From positions 32,001 to 96,000 of the IMG/VR virus record IMGVR_UViG_3300047160_010630: a stretch of DNA of 64,000 nt; one strand, given 5' to 3'. The notes beneath the pieces are model-generated. The model worked only from the letters and a program-made list of their open reading frames with translations. It was not told the DNA's origin and searched no databases. This DNA is from a virus. Numbering within the stretch: position 1 is the stretch's first letter; the number at the start of each line of letters is the position of its first letter. Positions 38,008-47,563 of the stretch are shown here, in pieces. The position numbers and the translations under genes are program-made.

Positions 38008-38388
38008 TCATCGGGTGAAGAGCCGACGCTCCGCGACCAGCTGGTCGTTCGGCGCCCGCGAGTCGATCGTCTTGACCACGGGCAGCTGTCCCAGCAGGTG
38101 CTCCCGCTCCAGCTCGGCCTCGGTGGGAGGCTCGAACACCCGGGGAAGCTCCAGCATGTCCAGAAGCTCGTGGTGGGCGGCCTCGTCCAGCTCCACGCGC
38201 CGGGCGTAGGCGTTGACCACCTGGGCGGCCACGCGCGACGCAAGGCTGTGGGCGGCCAGGTCGGCCGCGTAGAGATCCCCGTGCGTGCCGTCCTTGGTGG
38301 TGCCGTCCAGGACGTTCTCCTGCGGTTCCTCGGCCGGGAAACGGCCGAGGCCGGTCTCAGCGAGACCGGCCTCAGTGGAATTGTCCAT
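38008..38388 (-). CDS. Hypothetical protein
   Basis: Operon continuity; GGA SD. Confidence 0.5.
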   Translation of the reverse strand: MDNSTEAGLAETGLGRFPAEEPQENVLDGTTKDGTHGDLYAADLAAHSLASRVAAQVVNAYARRVELDEAAHHELLDMLELPRVFEPPTEAELEREHLLGQLPVVKTIDSRAPNDQLVAERRLFTR

Positions 38389-38389
38389 G

Positions 38390-39517
38390 TCAGTTGTCCT
38401 TCCCCAGGATCTTGTCGAACTTCGCGAAGTTGCTTCGGAACACCTTCAGGGTCTTCTGGAGCTGGTCGCGCTCCTTCTTGACCTCCTCCAGCTCGGCCCG
38501 CAGCGCGGCCAGCTCGGAGTCCTTGGCGTCCAGGCTGGCCTGGACGTCGGCCTGGACCTGCTCCTCCAGCGTGCGGAGCATGGCCAGCAGGCTCGTCACG
38601 TTGGTGATGTGCTCGCCGAGCGACAGGCCGTCGGGGTCGACGGCGACCTCGTCGGCGGCGGCGGCGGGCGTCTCGGTCAGCTCGGCAACCACCTTCTCGC
38701 GCGCCTGCTCGGCCCGGGAGGCCAGGTAGTACTTGGTGTAGAACTGGGACGACCCGAACACGATCAGGTCGGACATTGAGCTTTCCGCCAGGTGCTCCAC
38801 GGTCTTGCGGGTCCGGTTGCGGGTGGCGCGCGGGTCGGCCTCCTGGGCCTTCTCGATGAAGTAGTAGACCGACTCGGGGCCCTTCGCCTCCTTCGCGACC
38901 GTCAGGACCAGGTCGGCCAGGTCGTCGTCCGAGAGCTTGCCCGGCGGGAGGTCCACCCGGCTGCCGTCGTCCTTGATGCGGAAGGCGTGCGCCCGGAACT
39001 CGTGGGAGGCGCGGATCTGCGGGAGGGTGCTGATGGTGCGGCACCCCGGCTCCCGGCAGGGGTAGGGCGTGCCGGTGCTGGTCTCGGACATGCGGTTCTC
39101 TTCCTTTTCCTCGGGTTCCTGCGTGTTCTTGCTGGTGACCGTCAGTCCGGCCCAGTGCTTGGCGACCCACCACAGGGCCTGGCCCCCACGGATGGCCCGG
39201 CGACGGCAGACCAGGGTCTTCGTCACCCGGTGGTACTCGTTGACGGCGAGCTTGATCTCCTGGATCTTCTCCCTGTCCTCGCGGTAGCTGTCCTTCGACT
39301 CCGGCCAGATGTCGGAGATGACCGAGTTGACGGCGCCCTGCCACATGTAGCCGGGTCGGCCGTCCATGTAGGGCTGGGTGGCCTTGGCCTTGTTGACGCG
39401 GTTCAGCACGGCGAACCAGACGAACTGGGCCGTGGCCGCGATGCCTTCCGGACTGTCGTCCAGGAAGTCGGGCACGGAGCCCGCGTCGATGTGTGCTGTG
39501 TCCTTGAAGCTTGGCAT
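38390..39517 (-). CDS. Early protein with C2H2-like Zn finger and C-terminal coiled coil
   Basis: YPCREPGC...SHEFRAH; ATG 39517 after purine-rich leader. Confidence 0.65.
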   Translation of the reverse strand: MPSFKDTAHIDAGSVPDFLDDSPEGIAATAQFVWFAVLNRVNKAKATQPYMDGRPGYMWQGAVNSVISDIWPESKDSYREDREKIQEIKLAVNEYHRVTKTLVCRRRAIRGGQALWWVAKHWAGLTVTSKNTQEPEEKEENRMSETSTGTPYPCREPGCRTISTLPQIRASHEFRAHAFRIKDDGSRVDLPPGKLSDDDLADLVLTVAKEAKGPESVYYFIEKAQEADPRATRNRTRKTVEHLAESSMSDLIVFGSSQFYTKYYLASRAEQAREKVVAELTETPAAAADEVAVDPDGLSLGEHITNVTSLLAMLRTLEEQVQADVQASLDAKDSELAALRAELEEVKKERDQLQKTLKVFRSNFAKFDKILGKDN

Positions 39518-39553
39518 GGTGTTCTTCCTTGTTCCTCGTTCCTGATGCATCCG

Positions 39554-39582
39554 ACTGTACCGGGGTGCTGAATGACTGTCAA
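39554..39582 (-). promoter_or_regulatory. Sigma70/HrdB-type promoter
   Basis: TTGACA-N17-TACAGT. Confidence 0.7.
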
Positions 39583-39604
39583 CACCCCGGACTGTCGTGG
39601 TGGA

Positions 39605-40210
39605 TCAGAGAGTGCGGACCACGGCGAGGGCAACGCCCAGGTCGTCGTCGACAGCGGATGCCTGCGCCAGCATGCGCTGGGCGGGGATGCTGACCTTGCC
39701 GTCCGCGCCTTCGCGGATCTTGGCCAGGACATCGGCGGGGGTGGGGCACTCGGAGACCTGCGGGAGATCGACCTCCGTGACCACGAACTCCGGGAGCGCG
39801 CTGCGGCCGAAGGGCCCGGCAGGGCGGCACTCGGTGCAGGGCTCGGCGTCGTCCGACAGGTCCTCGCTGGGGATCTCGTCGCCGTTGGAGGCCCCCTTGC
39901 ACACCTTCTTGTCCGCACGGTGGTGCTCGCTGTCCGTGCGGTGGAAGACGTCACTGCATCCGACGACCTCCAGGATGTACAGTCCCGTGTTGGAGCCCTC
40001 GGTGACGCGGTACAGGGTCATGTCCGTCCATCGGGCGAACCGGGCCGTGGCCTTGGTGGACGCCGTGCCGAGCATGACTCCGGTGAACTCCAGGTCGTCC
40101 ATGCCGATGGGGGTCTCGACCTTGTACTTCTTGGGGGTGGGCTTGCGCCGCTGCGACCTCGTGCGGGTGGCCGTGGGGGGCACGGCCTTGAACGGGTCAT
40201 TATGGGTCAT
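39605..40210 (-). CDS. Hypothetical early protein
   Basis: Codon bias; purine-rich leader. Confidence 0.65.
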   Translation of the reverse strand: MTHNDPFKAVPPTATRTRSQRRKPTPKKYKVETPIGMDDLEFTGVMLGTASTKATARFARWTDMTLYRVTEGSNTGLYILEVVGCSDVFHRTDSEHHRADKKVCKGASNGDEIPSEDLSDDAEPCTECRPAGPFGRSALPEFVVTEVDLPQVSECPTPADVLAKIREGADGKVSIPAQRMLAQASAVDDDLGVALAVVRTL

Positions 40211-40331
40211 AAGGATGTGCTTCCTCTCGTCTGTTCCTCGTTCCTATGCTAGCAGATCTTGGTCGAACTACTAGGCCTGGACGAGTACAGCATGAAGGAC
40301 CCGACCCCTTGGTGTCAACGGGCCGGGTCCT

Positions 40332-40601
40332 TCACTGGGGGGTCTTGCGCGGGCGCCCCCGGCCGCGCTTCTCGCCGGGGGCCAGCGTCGTCCCTTTCCG
40401 GTAGCTCGGCTGGAGGTGCTGGTGGTCGGAGCGGTGCTTGGAGGGGTAGAGCGTCAGGGTCCACCACTGGGCGCCGCAGTCCAGGTCCATGCACGGGCCG
40501 AAGTCGACCTTGGGCCGGTTCAGCTTGACCCATCCGCACTGCTCGCACACGGCGGTGACGCAGTACGCGCACGGGAACTTGCGGATGGGCTTGGTGGGCA
40601 T
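40332..40601 (-). CDS. Zinc-ribbon protein with C-terminal AT-hook
   Basis: CAYC, CEQC, CMDLDC; KRGRGRPRK. Confidence 0.65.
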   Translation of the reverse strand: MPTKPIRKFPCAYCVTAVCEQCGWVKLNRPKVDFGPCMDLDCGAQWWTLTLYPSKHRSDHQHLQPSYRKGTTLAPGEKRGRGRPRKTPQ

Positions 40602-40610
40602 GGTGAAAGG

Positions 40611-40862
40611 CTACCCCAGGTAGTGGGCAATCAGCTCGTCCGTCGTCAGCTGCTCCAGCTTGCCGATCTCCTGGGACATCTTGTAGTCGGCGACGAACGC
40701 GAGGATGTCCTTGAGGGGGATCTCGATGTAGCCTTGGTCCCTGCTGTCCCGGAGCTTGTCGAAGTCGTTCTCGTAGATCCGCAGTCCGTTGCTGCGGTCC
40801 CCGTGGGTGACGTAGGTGACGCCCGACTCCGGGCCCTCGAACATGTGCATGATCTTCCTCAT
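40611..40862 (-). CDS. Hypothetical protein
   Basis: ATGA coupling; codon bias. Confidence 0.6.
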   Translation of the reverse strand: MRKIMHMFEGPESGVTYVTHGDRSNGLRIYENDFDKLRDSRDQGYIEIPLKDILAFVADYKMSQEIGKLEQLTTDELIAHYLG

Positions 40863-41179
40863 TCCTCGGTAGGGGTATGCAGGGAGGCCTGGATCGCGCG
40901 GACCTCGTCCATGTCCTTGGACGCGTCGCCGACGTGGACCAGGTGGTGGCCCAGACGGCGGTGCTCCCCGGCCTGGATCGCGTCCAGCATGCGCTGGCCG
41001 ATCAGCTGGCCGTGCTCGTCCACGACGTGGAAGTGGCCGTGGACGTCCGGCTTCACCAGCTCGGCGGGGACGACCAGCCAGTCCTTGTCGCGCAGGGGCT
41101 GGACCTCGCTGTCGGCGAGCTGGAACGGCGTGCCGATGGGGCCCTTGTCGCCCCGCATGAAGTACCAGCGCTTGTCCAT
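40859..41179 (-). CDS. Hypothetical protein
   Basis: CAGGAAGAAGGAA leader. Confidence 0.65.
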   Translation of the reverse strand: MDKRWYFMRGDKGPIGTPFQLADSEVQPLRDKDWLVVPAELVKPDVHGHFHVVDEHGQLIGQRMLDAIQAGEHRRLGHHLVHVGDASKDMDEVRAIQASLHTPTEE

Positions 41180-41209
41180 CGGTTCCTTCTTCCTGCTGTT
41201 CGGTGCCTC

Positions 41210-41239
41210 ACTCTAGGAAGGGGCACGCACAGCTGTCAA
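41210..41239 (-). promoter_or_regulatory. Sigma70/HrdB-type promoter
   Basis: TTGACA-N18-TAGAGT. Confidence 0.65.
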
Positions 41240-41596
41240 GGCGTCAGTCCCTGAGCGGGAGGACGTAGATCCCGCCGTCGCGGCGGATGGCCTCCTGGAC
41301 GGTCTCCTCCTCGCGGGCCTGGCGCAGCGCCTCGGAGATGTCGGTGGTGACGACCACCGTCAGCTCCCGGCCGCCGTGGTCGGTGACCAGGAAGGCCTCC
41401 ACGGGGCTGGGGCGGCGAGTCTTCTGCTTGGCCTGGGGCATCGGCGCGTTGTCCTTATTGTCTGTAGGTGCTGTGCGACAGGACGCTACCACGGGAGATC
41501 GCCTCGACCAAGAAGACCTTGGGGCTGGACGCCGGTCCACCGGAACTGATACTGTGTGAGCACGCCGGAGGAACCGGCCAGGAAGAAGGAAACAGC

Positions 41597-41776
41597 GTGA
41601 GCATGGAGCAGGGCGAGTGGCTCGCCGACATGGCCAGCCAGAACAGCATCGTGATCGAGCGGGCGGAGCGCGGTGAGCACGCCGCCGGGTACCCGACCAG
41701 CCCTTCCGTGGAGCTTCTCAAGAACGAGGCGGCGGAGCTGTCCGCCCGCGCCGCCGACCTGTTGGCCGACGAGTAG
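41597..41776 (+). CDS. Hypothetical protein, first gene of the rightward arm
   Basis: CAGGAAGAAGGAA leader. Confidence 0.55.
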   Translation: MSMEQGEWLADMASQNSIVIERAERGEHAAGYPTSPSVELLKNEAAELSARAADLLADE

Positions 41777-41791
41777 AAGGAGAGAGCCGCC

Positions 41792-42049
41792 ATGGGGATC
41801 TTCAGCAGGGGCGGCAGTGGGCCGTCCGAGCCCGCGCAGCCTACCGGCGGTGCGGACGGCCGGGGCACGGCGAAGCCGCAGGAGGCGCCGCACATGGCGC
41901 CGTTCGAGCGGATCGACTACACCGACAAGGGCGGCACGCCCGCCAGCGAGGTGTCCTACACCGCTGTGGACACCGACAGCCGGGTGGAGACCATCGCGCA
42001 GGGCGGCGGCACGAACATCTCCGTCAGCCCGTTCAAGCGCAACCGCTGA
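41792..42049 (+). CDS. Hypothetical protein (MGIFSR...)
   Basis: AAGGAG SD. Confidence 0.6.
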   Translation: MGIFSRGGSGPSEPAQPTGGADGRGTAKPQEAPHMAPFERIDYTDKGGTPASEVSYTAVDTDSRVETIAQGGGTNISVSPFKRNR

Positions 42050-42080
42050 CCACCCGCTCCACGACCAGGAAGAAGGAACG

Positions 42081-42320
42081 ATGCCCGAGATCGCGGTCTG
42101 CATCCTCTACACCCGCACCACCGAGGAGAACGTCACCCGCACGCTCGACATCCCGCAGGAGGTGCTGGACCGCACCAAGGGCGAGGACGGCGAGGAGCTG
42201 GATGACGTCCTCCACGAGTACCTCACCGACCACGAGGAGCTGTGGGACCTGAACGACGACGAGGCCGAGGTGACCAACGAGGAGATCACCTCGATCGACG
42301 AGATCGAGATCATCGAGTAG
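42081..42320 (+). CDS. Highly acidic 79-aa protein
   Basis: About one third Asp/Glu; leader motif. Confidence 0.7.
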   Translation: MPEIAVCILYTRTTEENVTRTLDIPQEVLDRTKGEDGEELDDVLHEYLTDHEELWDLNDDEAEVTNEEITSIDEIEIIE

Positions 42321-42406
42321 TACGCTGGTGCCGGACGGCGCGGGCGCACCGCGTCGTCCGGTCCCTGACCCGACCCGGAAACAGAATGATACGAACCGAG
42401 GAACAC

Positions 42407-43297
42407 ATGACCAACGAAACGTCGCCCGAGCTGGCGGACGCGCCCAAGCTGGACACCGTCCGGATCACCCCGGAGATGGCGGTGGAGATCCTCAACCGCC
42501 GCAACACGCACAACCGGCAGGTCCGCCGGTCGCACGTCGAGAAGCTGGCCCGCGACATGGTCAGCGGCAAGTGGCGGGTCAACGGCGAGGCGATCAAGGT
42601 CGCCAAGGACGGGACCGTCCTGGACGGCCAGCACCGCCTGCTCGCCGTCGCCGCCAGCGGTGTCGCCATCTGGACGGTGTACGTCGCCGACCTGGACCCC
42701 GACACCCAGTACACCATGGACGCCAACCTGAAGCGGTCCAACGGCGACCACTTCCGCCTCATCGGCGAGTCCGACGCGTTCGCGCTGGCTGCCATCCTGC
42801 GCGCCGCCTGGCAGTGGGACAACGGCGACCAGGGGTTCAGCACCCACATCCACCCCACCCAGTCCGACCTGGCGGTCTTCCTGACCGCGAACCCCGGCAT
42901 GCGCCGCTCGGTGGAGGTCGCCGGGCGCGCCTACCGGGACTTCCGCTTCCTCAGCAAGACGGCCTACGGGGTCGCGCACCACATCATCAGCCAGGTGGAC
43001 GAGCACGACGAGCACTGGCCCGAGTTCTTCGCCCGGCTGGGCGACGGTGCCGAGGTGAGCACCGGCAACCCGATCCACACGATGCGCAAGCGCACCATGT
43101 CGGACCGGGACGAGCGCAACCGCAAGCGGCTCACGCTCGGCAACCAGATCGGGTACATCACCTACACCTGGAACCGGTGGCGGGACTACGTGGAGACGGG
43201 CAAGACGCTCCTCAAGTTCGCCTACAACAGCGCCGACGGCGTCCCGCTGCCCGTCAAGCCGCTCCAGGTGCGGCAGGGGGAGCTGGACAGCGACTGA
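42407..43297 (+). CDS. ParB-like N-terminal domain protein
   Basis: ITPEMA..IL.RN..NR, VLDGQHRL.AV. Confidence 0.75.
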   Translation: MTNETSPELADAPKLDTVRITPEMAVEILNRRNTHNRQVRRSHVEKLARDMVSGKWRVNGEAIKVAKDGTVLDGQHRLLAVAASGVAIWTVYVADLDPDTQYTMDANLKRSNGDHFRLIGESDAFALAAILRAAWQWDNGDQGFSTHIHPTQSDLAVFLTANPGMRRSVEVAGRAYRDFRFLSKTAYGVAHHIISQVDEHDEHWPEFFARLGDGAEVSTGNPIHTMRKRTMSDRDERNRKRLTLGNQIGYITYTWNRWRDYVETGKTLLKFAYNSADGVPLPVKPLQVRQGELDSD

Positions 43298-43375
43298 GGT
43301 CACGTTCTCCGGGAACGGCTGTGGTTCCGGCACGGCCGTTCCCGGGCAGGTCTGCACCCCACCAGAAAGGACATC

Positions 43376-43921
43376 ATGGGCGACCCCCTGAACCTGACCC
43401 GCGCCATGCGCACGGCGTACGACTTCATCCAGGCCAACGGCTACGCGACCGGCGCGCATCCGGCCGTGTCCGAACCGACGGCCCAGGCACTGCGCAACCG
43501 TGGCCTGGTCGAGATGTACCACGTCCCGACCGGTCACAAGAACACCACGGCCTGGGTGGTCATCCCGCTCGGCAAGCCGAAGCCGAAGAAGGTGGAGCTG
43601 CCGCACATCACGGTGGCTGCCCCTGCCACGGTGAGCAAGGTGCTCGGACTCGGCAAGGACGCCAGCGACAAGCCGCTGGTGCGTGCCCGCAGTGTCAGAG
43701 AACTCAGCAGCAACAGCTCGCAGTGCGGCGGGTACGCCGTGGCGACGTCCAGCACCAGGGGCGAGGTGATCGTCTCCTATGTCACCCCGGACGACATGAA
43801 CCTGGCCACCGTCCTGCGGGTGCGTCCCGAGATGCTGAAGCGCTACGCCGAGGTGCTGCGCGCGGCGCAGTACGAGGTCCGGGAGGACGCGATGTACAGC
43901 GTCCTGTTCGTCAGCAAGTAG
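43376..43921 (+). CDS. Hypothetical protein
   Basis: AAAGGA SD; codon bias. Confidence 0.6.
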   Translation: MGDPLNLTRAMRTAYDFIQANGYATGAHPAVSEPTAQALRNRGLVEMYHVPTGHKNTTAWVVIPLGKPKPKKVELPHITVAAPATVSKVLGLGKDASDKPLVRARSVRELSSNSSQCGGYAVATSSTRGEVIVSYVTPDDMNLATVLRVRPEMLKRYAEVLRAAQYEVREDAMYSVLFVSK

Positions 43922-43934
43922 GAAGGAGGAACAG

Positions 43935-44675
43935 ATGAGCGACGGCACCTCGCTCGGGGACCGTATGAAGGCGTACGAACGGCCGTACCGGCAGCTTCTT
44001 CCGCGTCGTACGTACACGATCATTCGGGTGGACGGTCGGGCCTTCCACAGCCTGCTGAAGCATGCCAAGCGGCCGTACGACGCCGACGTCATGGCGTGCA
44101 TGGACTACGTCGCCCTGAGCCTGTGTGAGGAGGTCCAGGGCGCCCGGCTGGCCTTCGTGCAGTCCGACGAGGTCAGTGTTCTGCTCACGGACTTCGAGAG
44201 CACCGGCACCCAGCCGTGGTTCGGCGGGGTCCTGGCCAAGATGGTGTCCGTCAGCGCCTCCATCGCGACGCTGGAGTTCAACGACTTCGCCGGTGACCTC
44301 GGGCTGGACCTGCCGGACCTGGCCCAGTTCGACTCGCGGGTCTTCACCGTCCCGGACCCGGTGGAGGTGGCGAACTCCTTCATCTGGCGCCAGCAGGACG
44401 CCACCCGCAACAGCATCCTCATGGCCGGGCAGTCCGTGTTCTCCCGCAAGGAACTCCAGGGGAAGAACACGAACGAGATCCAGGAGATGCTGTGGCAGCA
44501 GCACGGCATCAACTGGAACGACTACCCGGAAGGCTTCAAGCGCGGCCGGGTGTGCATCCGCCAGGAGGACGCTCCGACCGGCTGGGCAGTCGTGGCAGCT
44601 CCGGTCTTCAAGGCGGAGCCGGGCACGTTCCTGGCGGACGTGATCCCGCCGATGCCGTCCCTGCACGGCGAGTAA
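43935..44675 (+). CDS. thg1: tRNA(His) guanylyltransferase Thg1-like 3'-5' polymerase
   Basis: LGDRMKAYE, RVDGRAFH, VQSDEVS, FDSRVF, WRQQDA.RNS. Confidence 0.92.
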   Translation: MSDGTSLGDRMKAYERPYRQLLPRRTYTIIRVDGRAFHSLLKHAKRPYDADVMACMDYVALSLCEEVQGARLAFVQSDEVSVLLTDFESTGTQPWFGGVLAKMVSVSASIATLEFNDFAGDLGLDLPDLAQFDSRVFTVPDPVEVANSFIWRQQDATRNSILMAGQSVFSRKELQGKNTNEIQEMLWQQHGINWNDYPEGFKRGRVCIRQEDAPTGWAVVAAPVFKAEPGTFLADVIPPMPSLHGE

Positions 44676-44715
44676 CCTGTACGGGAGTCCGGTGAGATCG
44701 GGCTCCCGTACAGGT
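44675..44715 (+). terminator. Long hairpin after the Thg1-like gene
   Basis: acctgtacgggagtccg / cgggctcccgtacaggt. Confidence 0.6.
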
Positions 44716-44716
44716 G

Positions 44717-44745
44717 TTGACGACTGATGGTGGGTCATGTATTGT
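44717..44745 (+). promoter_or_regulatory. Sigma70/HrdB-type promoter
   Basis: TTGACG-N17-TATTGT. Confidence 0.7.
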
Positions 44746-44791
44746 TTTCCTTGTCAGCAGGAAACAGGAACCAGGAATGAAGGAGGCCGAC

Positions 44792-45640
44792 ATGGCCAGC
44801 AAGAAAATCACCTACACCGCCCCCAACGGCGAGACCACGACCAGCACCACCAAGAAGACCCACGCCATCATGGGCTTCAACCCGAAGACCCCGTGGGTCG
44901 ACCCCTACATCATCTCCCGCCACGGCCGCCTCCAGCTGGCCCTGGACGCCAAGGAGAAGGGCACCAAGATCCCCGACGGTGTACGCACCATCGTCGCCCC
45001 GCTCACCGACGACGGCACCCGCGACGAGGTGTGGGCCGAGCGCGTTGCGGAGCTGCGCCACCCGGAGGACATGGAGGACGTCGCGGAACTGCACATCGAC
45101 TTCGTCGAGCAGAAGGTGGGGCGGTGGCAGGAGATCCTGACCGCCTCCGAGATGTGGGCGCCGTCCACCCAGGAGGACAAGGAGAAGAAGGCCAAGACCA
45201 TGGCCTTCGAAGAGAAGAAGCTGGCCGAGGCTCGGGAGGAGCTGGCCGCCGTCCGCTCGCTGTACGCTCTCGACCTGCTGGCCAAGGCCGTCGAGGAGCA
45301 GATCGTCGCCGAGCCCGCGCCGGTCGCGAAGGCTCCGAAGCCGAAGAAGGCGCCGAAGACCCGGCGCGGTCCGGCCAAGACCCGGTTCATCAAGGAGGTG
45401 GCCGACCTGATCCGTGGCGAGGACGGCGGCCCGCAGTCCCCGCAGCCGGTCGTCAACGGGCGCACCGTCTCCACCGGCCACCGGGTGACCGTGGAGCGCG
45501 ACGTGAACGGCCGTCACACGGCGCTGATCGTCCGTGACGGCAACGGCGACTTCTTCGAGTTCCGCTGCCCGTTCACCGCCGACAACGCGGGCAAGATCGC
45601 CACCCAGATCTGGGGCCTCATGGAGACCATGGGCCTGTAG
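44792..45640 (+). CDS. Hypothetical early protein
   Basis: AAGGAGG SD; strong codon bias. Confidence 0.7.
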   Translation: MASKKITYTAPNGETTTSTTKKTHAIMGFNPKTPWVDPYIISRHGRLQLALDAKEKGTKIPDGVRTIVAPLTDDGTRDEVWAERVAELRHPEDMEDVAELHIDFVEQKVGRWQEILTASEMWAPSTQEDKEKKAKTMAFEEKKLAEAREELAAVRSLYALDLLAKAVEEQIVAEPAPVAKAPKPKKAPKTRRGPAKTRFIKEVADLIRGEDGGPQSPQPVVNGRTVSTGHRVTVERDVNGRHTALIVRDGNGDFFEFRCPFTADNAGKIATQIWGLMETMGL

Positions 45641-45681
45641 TTTTCACGGCACTGTCCCGGAGCAATGGAGGTAGTTGAAAA

Positions 45682-46020
45682 ATGGATTACCTGGCCGCAC
45701 AGAAGATGCTGAAGCACGTCGTGGACATCACCAACGACCGCTACCGCTACGTGCGGGTCGAGCGGAAGGCCCTGCTCGCCTACCTGGAGGAGCAGGACCG
45801 CCTACGCGCCCTGCTCACCGATATGCACACCACCATGGGACGCCTCCAGTTCGCCGCCCTCCACGTGAGCGGCCACGTGGAGACGCTCAACACCCAGCTG
45901 GACCGGACCGCGCCCGGCTGGAAGCCGCCCGTGGAGCCCGTGGAGTGCGAGTGCGGCATCGAGTGGAAGACCGGCATCATGGGGCCGGGACACAACAACA
46001 TCGACTGTGTCAGGCACTGA
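45682..46020 (+). CDS. Hypothetical protein
   Basis: GGAGG SD. Confidence 0.6.
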   Translation: MDYLAAQKMLKHVVDITNDRYRYVRVERKALLAYLEEQDRLRALLTDMHTTMGRLQFAALHVSGHVETLNTQLDRTAPGWKPPVEPVECECGIEWKTGIMGPGHNNIDCVRH

Positions 46021-46042
46021 CACCGAAACAGGAAGAAGGAAC

Positions 46043-46351
46043 ATGGACACCGCCAGTTTCGTCGCAGGGGTGGTCGGCACGACCGCCGTGTCCCTGGGCG
46101 GCTTCGTGATCGGCACGGTCAAGGAGCGTCGTCGCCGACCGCGCCCCGAGCCGCGCCCCGAGCCGGAGATCTGCCTGTGCACGCACGGCGCCAACGTCCA
46201 CGACGCCAAGGGCTGCCACGCCGAAGGCAGGAAGCGCGTCACGGCCATCGACCGGCACAACGCGACCGAGACGTACGTCTTCGACGAGTGCACCTGCATT
46301 CGGTACGTCGGCCCGAACTCCACCTACATCCCGGAACTCAGCGACTCTTGA
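46043..46351 (+). CDS. Membrane-anchored Cys/His protein
   Basis: N-terminal TM; CLCTH...H...C...CTC..Y. Confidence 0.6.
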   Translation: MDTASFVAGVVGTTAVSLGGFVIGTVKERRRRPRPEPRPEPEICLCTHGANVHDAKGCHAEGRKRVTAIDRHNATETYVFDECTCIRYVGPNSTYIPELSDS

Positions 46352-46410
46352 CGGCCACCTGACGATCTGTCATCCTGGTACCAGGAACACGGAAGAAGGA
46401 AGAGGACACC

Positions 46411-46737
46411 ATGCTCCAGGGCAAACCCGTCGTCATCATGCCCAACGTCGTCAGCCGCATCCTCGGATCCCACGAGGTGGACGGCAAGAAGCTGGGCCGC
46501 GCCCAGGTCCGCAACGGAAAGTACGGACGGGAGGAACTCGGCGGCTTCAAGGTGACGAAGGGCTCCGGCTACGCCTACGTCGCCGTGCGCTACATCGCGC
46601 CCGACGACATGCACGAGGACCAGGTGGAGGAGACCCGCAACCACTTCCTCACCCTCTACGCCGAGATCCTGGAGGCGCACGGCCTCACCGTACGCCGGAC
46701 CGCCTACGGCCTGTCCGTCCGCAAGCCCGAGAACTAA
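46411..46737 (+). CDS. Hypothetical protein
   Basis: Promoter TTGACG-N17-CATCCT at 46348-46376 and leader motif. Confidence 0.6.
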   Translation: MLQGKPVVIMPNVVSRILGSHEVDGKKLGRAQVRNGKYGREELGGFKVTKGSGYAYVAVRYIAPDDMHEDQVEETRNHFLTLYAEILEAHGLTVRRTAYGLSVRKPEN

Positions 46738-46873
46738 CCCCCACTGCTGCCCGGCGGCGCGTCTGCGGTGTGCCGCCGGGCCTCCCGCTCGGTGAAGGTC
46801 ATCCTTGCTCGTCGGGGGGGACGTGATCACACCGGGCGGGATAGGATTCAGGAAACAGGAAGAAGGAATTACG

Positions 46874-47518
46874 ATGAAGCCCGGCAAGTACTTCAGCATC
46901 CTCACGTTCATCTGGGGCCGGACGCACTACATCGTCACCCGAGACTTCACGGTGCGCGTGGACGTGTCGCGCAGTGACCTGTTCGACGACGTCAAGCGGG
47001 ACGCCTCGGAGTTTCTTTACACGAAGACGGGGATCCGCCCCGACCCGGAGTACATGATCGTCCTGTTCCACAGCTTCGAGTACGACGAGGCCCTGTCCTG
47101 AGGAAAGAGGAAGAGGAAATGACGCACACGAACGACGGCCCTTTCGGCCCCCACTACGACGGCCTGGTGGAGTTCGTCCACCACCAGATCGAGGACTACC
47201 TCAGCGTCAGCAACGCCTACACCGACGCCGACACGGTCGACCTGGCGGACAACATCGCCCTCTCGATGCTCAACGCGTACGACATCGCCCCCAAGGACCA
47301 GAGGTAGAGGAGTGCTCAACATGACCGACAGCCCGTACGACCAGCGGGTCCGGCTTCACGGCGGTGCCGACGTCCACGGCGCGGCCGGGGGAGGCGAGGT
47401 CACCACCTACGGGCACACCGCCTGCGACCTGACGGTCATCAGCGCGGACACCCGGCTCGACCCGTCCACGCCGGTCACCTGCACGCCGTGCGCCCGCACC
47501 ATGGCGAACGACGCCTAG
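46874..47518 (+). CDS. Three small hypothetical genes (46874-47101, 47119-47307, 47321-47518)
   Basis: Each has a purine-rich SD; tightly packed. Confidence 0.55.
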
Positions 47519-47563
47519 TTCACACCGTCCGTCCGGAAACCGCCCCAAAAAAGGAAAGAAATC

